NCBI RefSeq assembly: GCF_000018785.1
Contig: NC_010163.1
Span: 570,001 to 602,000, forward strand
DNA length: 32,000 bases
Direction of reading: 5' to 3'
Origin: Acholeplasma laidlawii PG-8A
Lineage (GTDB): Bacteria > Bacillota_I > Bacilli_A > Acholeplasmatales > Acholeplasmataceae
The stretch's first letter is position 1, and every line of letters begins with the position of its first letter. This document shows positions 30,349-32,000 of this stretch, in pieces. The translations under genes and the position numbers were made by a program. Under the pieces are notes generated by a model. That model was not told the DNA's origin, made no database searches, and saw nothing but the letters and a program-made list of their open reading frames with translations.

Positions 30349-31542
30349 ATGAAAATACAAGGGATACATCATATTTCAACCATTGTATGGCATGCACAAG
30401 AAAATGTTGATTTCTATGCAGGTGTATTAGGATTAAAATTAATTAAGAGAACTTTAAACTTTGATGATCACAATGTGTATCATCTATATTATGGAAATCA
30501 CAATGCAGATTTAGGTACAGCAATCACATTCTTTCCATGGCCAAAACACTATAAAGAAGGTATGGTTGGAGATGGACAAGTTGGTGTAACAAGTTACATG
30601 GTACCAGCGGGTTCATTAGATTATTGGAAAGAAAGACTTACTAAATTCAATGTATCATTCGAAGCACAAGAAAGATTAGGAAATAAGTTTTTAAGATTTA
30701 GCGATCCTCATGGCATTAAAAATGAATTAATTGAATCTGATGAAGGTGACCAAAACTTATTTGAATTTAATGGTGTTACAAAAGATGTAGCAATTAAAGG
30801 TTTTTACGGGGCACTTATGTATTCATCTAACTATAAAGGCACTGTAGAACACTTAACTAACGATTTAGGATTAACTTTTGTCAAAGAAGATGATGACTAT
30901 ATCAGACTAGATACAGGACGTACGCTTGGTAGATATGTAGATATTTATAAACATAAGACTGGACGTTCTAGTATGGGCGCTGGTTCTGTTCACCATATTG
31001 CTTTTGGTGTTGAAGCATCTGAAATTGAAACTTGGAAAACTAACTTAGAAGCTAAAGGATTTACAATTACTGGTGTTAAGGATAGAAAATTCTTTAAATC
31101 ACTATATTATAGAGAACCAGGTGGTGTAATTATTGAACTTGCAACACTTACTCCAGGATTTGAAATGGATAGTGAATATAAAGAAGCACCAGATCTCTAT
31201 ATGCCACCACATTATATGCACTTAAAAGATGAAGTGGAAGCAAAACTCATGCCACTCTTTATTAGAAACATTGATAGTCTTTATGAGTATCCTTATCAAA
31301 ACAAGGAAGAATATGAACGCTGGAAGGCACATCAAGATTTATTGAATAAAATTAATTATTATGCTAAAGAAGCCAAACTAAGAACATTAACAGATGAAGA
31401 AATTGAAGAACGACAAGAACTTAGACACAAATATGTTAAAAGCATTCGTGGTGCAATTCAAAACAATCTGGAAAATATAAGAGTTGAAGATGAAGATGGA
31501 AACTTCCAAGAACTTAATAGAAAAGAAGGTAATGTACAATGA
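30349..31542 (+). CDS. VOC family MhqO-like ring-cleaving dioxygenase with C-terminal YnzC/DUF896-like domain
   Basis: IQGIHHISTIVWHAQENVDFYAGVLGLKLIKRTLNFDD, GSVHHIAFGVE, YYREPGGVIIELATLTPGF, then INYYAKEAKLRTLTDEEIEERQELRHKYVKSIRGAIQNNLENIRVEDEDGN. ATG at 30349, with AGAGG 8 nt upstream, is preferred to 30343. Confidence 0.88.
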   Translation: MKIQGIHHISTIVWHAQENVDFYAGVLGLKLIKRTLNFDDHNVYHLYYGNHNADLGTAITFFPWPKHYKEGMVGDGQVGVTSYMVPAGSLDYWKERLTKFNVSFEAQERLGNKFLRFSDPHGIKNELIESDEGDQNLFEFNGVTKDVAIKGFYGALMYSSNYKGTVEHLTNDLGLTFVKEDDDYIRLDTGRTLGRYVDIYKHKTGRSSMGAGSVHHIAFGVEASEIETWKTNLEAKGFTITGVKDRKFFKSLYYREPGGVIIELATLTPGFEMDSEYKEAPDLYMPPHYMHLKDEVEAKLMPLFIRNIDSLYEYPYQNKEEYERWKAHQDLLNKINYYAKEAKLRTLTDEEIEERQELRHKYVKSIRGAIQNNLENIRVEDEDGNFQELNRKEGNVQ

Positions 31543-32000
31543 CGAATCTATTAGGTATTCACCATATTACTGCAATTACTAGCAGTGCTCCAAAAATCTA
31601 TGATTTTTATACAAATGTATTAGGTTTAAGATTAGTAAAGAAAACTGTGAATCAAGATGATATTAATACCTATCACTTATTCTTTGCAGATGATAAAGGA
31701 AGTCCTGGTACTGACATTACTTTCTTTGATTTTAAAGGTATTCCTCAAGCTAGACATGGTGTGAATGAAATATCAAGAAGTGGCTTTAGAGTTCCTAGTG
31801 ATGAGGCATTAAACTATTGGATCAAACGATTTGATAAGTATGATGTAAAACACACAGGTATTCGTACAGTATTTGGAAGAAAAGCAATTTACTTCAATGA
31901 TTTTGACGGACAACCTTATGCACTATTTTCTGATGAAGGTATTCCAGGTGTTAAGCCTGGTACACCTTGGCTAAAAGGACCAGTACCTAATGAATTTGGT
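31539..32000 (+). CDS. Second VOC family MhqO-like dioxygenase, 3' truncated by window end
   Basis: ATGACGAATCTATTAGGTATTCACCATATTACTGCA... = MTNLLGIHHITAITSSAPKIYDFYTNVLGLRLVKKTVNQDDINTYHLFFADDKGSPGTDITFFDFKG; ATGA overlap with the upstream gene; open to position 32000. Confidence 0.92.
   Translation, partial: MTNLLGIHHITAITSSAPKIYDFYTNVLGLRLVKKTVNQDDINTYHLFFADDKGSPGTDITFFDFKGIPQARHGVNEISRSGFRVPSDEALNYWIKRFDKYDVKHTGIRTVFGRKAIYFNDFDGQPYALFSDEGIPGVKPGTPWLKGPVPNEFG

Overview
The window is a compact, AT-rich, housekeeping segment of a low-GC Gram-positive or Mollicute-type chromosome. Trp is encoded by TGG and TGA acts as a stop. The gene content (hrcA, YceD/rpmF/rsmH, plsY, EngB, DegV) fits an Acholeplasma-like organism, but this taxonomic call is inference. 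In order: tig 3' end, lon, engB, degV-like, NAD(P)-binding protein, a tRNA-Val type T-box leader, GNAT acetyltransferase, valS, folC, alpha/beta hydrolase, MFS transporter (-), HAAS/DUF1700 protein (-), PadR regulator (-), plsY (-), hrcA-grpE-dnaK-dnaJ, lplA, YceD/DUF177, rpmF, rsmH, acyltransferase-Fur fusion (-), nadD, nadE, mnmA, recD2, esterase (-), prephenate dehydratase-like (-), and two tandem VOC/glyoxalase dioxygenase-like genes (the second truncated by the window end). No CRISPR, mobile element, phage or defense island is visible. The most unusual items are: (1) a PlsC-type acyltransferase fused to a full-length, cysteine-free Fur/PerR-like domain, with an 18-bp perfect palindrome upstream; (2) an MhqO-like VOC dioxygenase with a C-terminal YnzC/DUF896-like domain, preceded by a perfect 18-bp palindrome resembling the MhqR operator; (3) a CIRCE-like site before lon as well as before hrcA; (4) a GNAT gene between a Val T-box and valS, overlapping valS; (5) a long conserved-looking stem-loop in front of the YceD-rpmF operon; (6) a zinc-ribbon-less L32.
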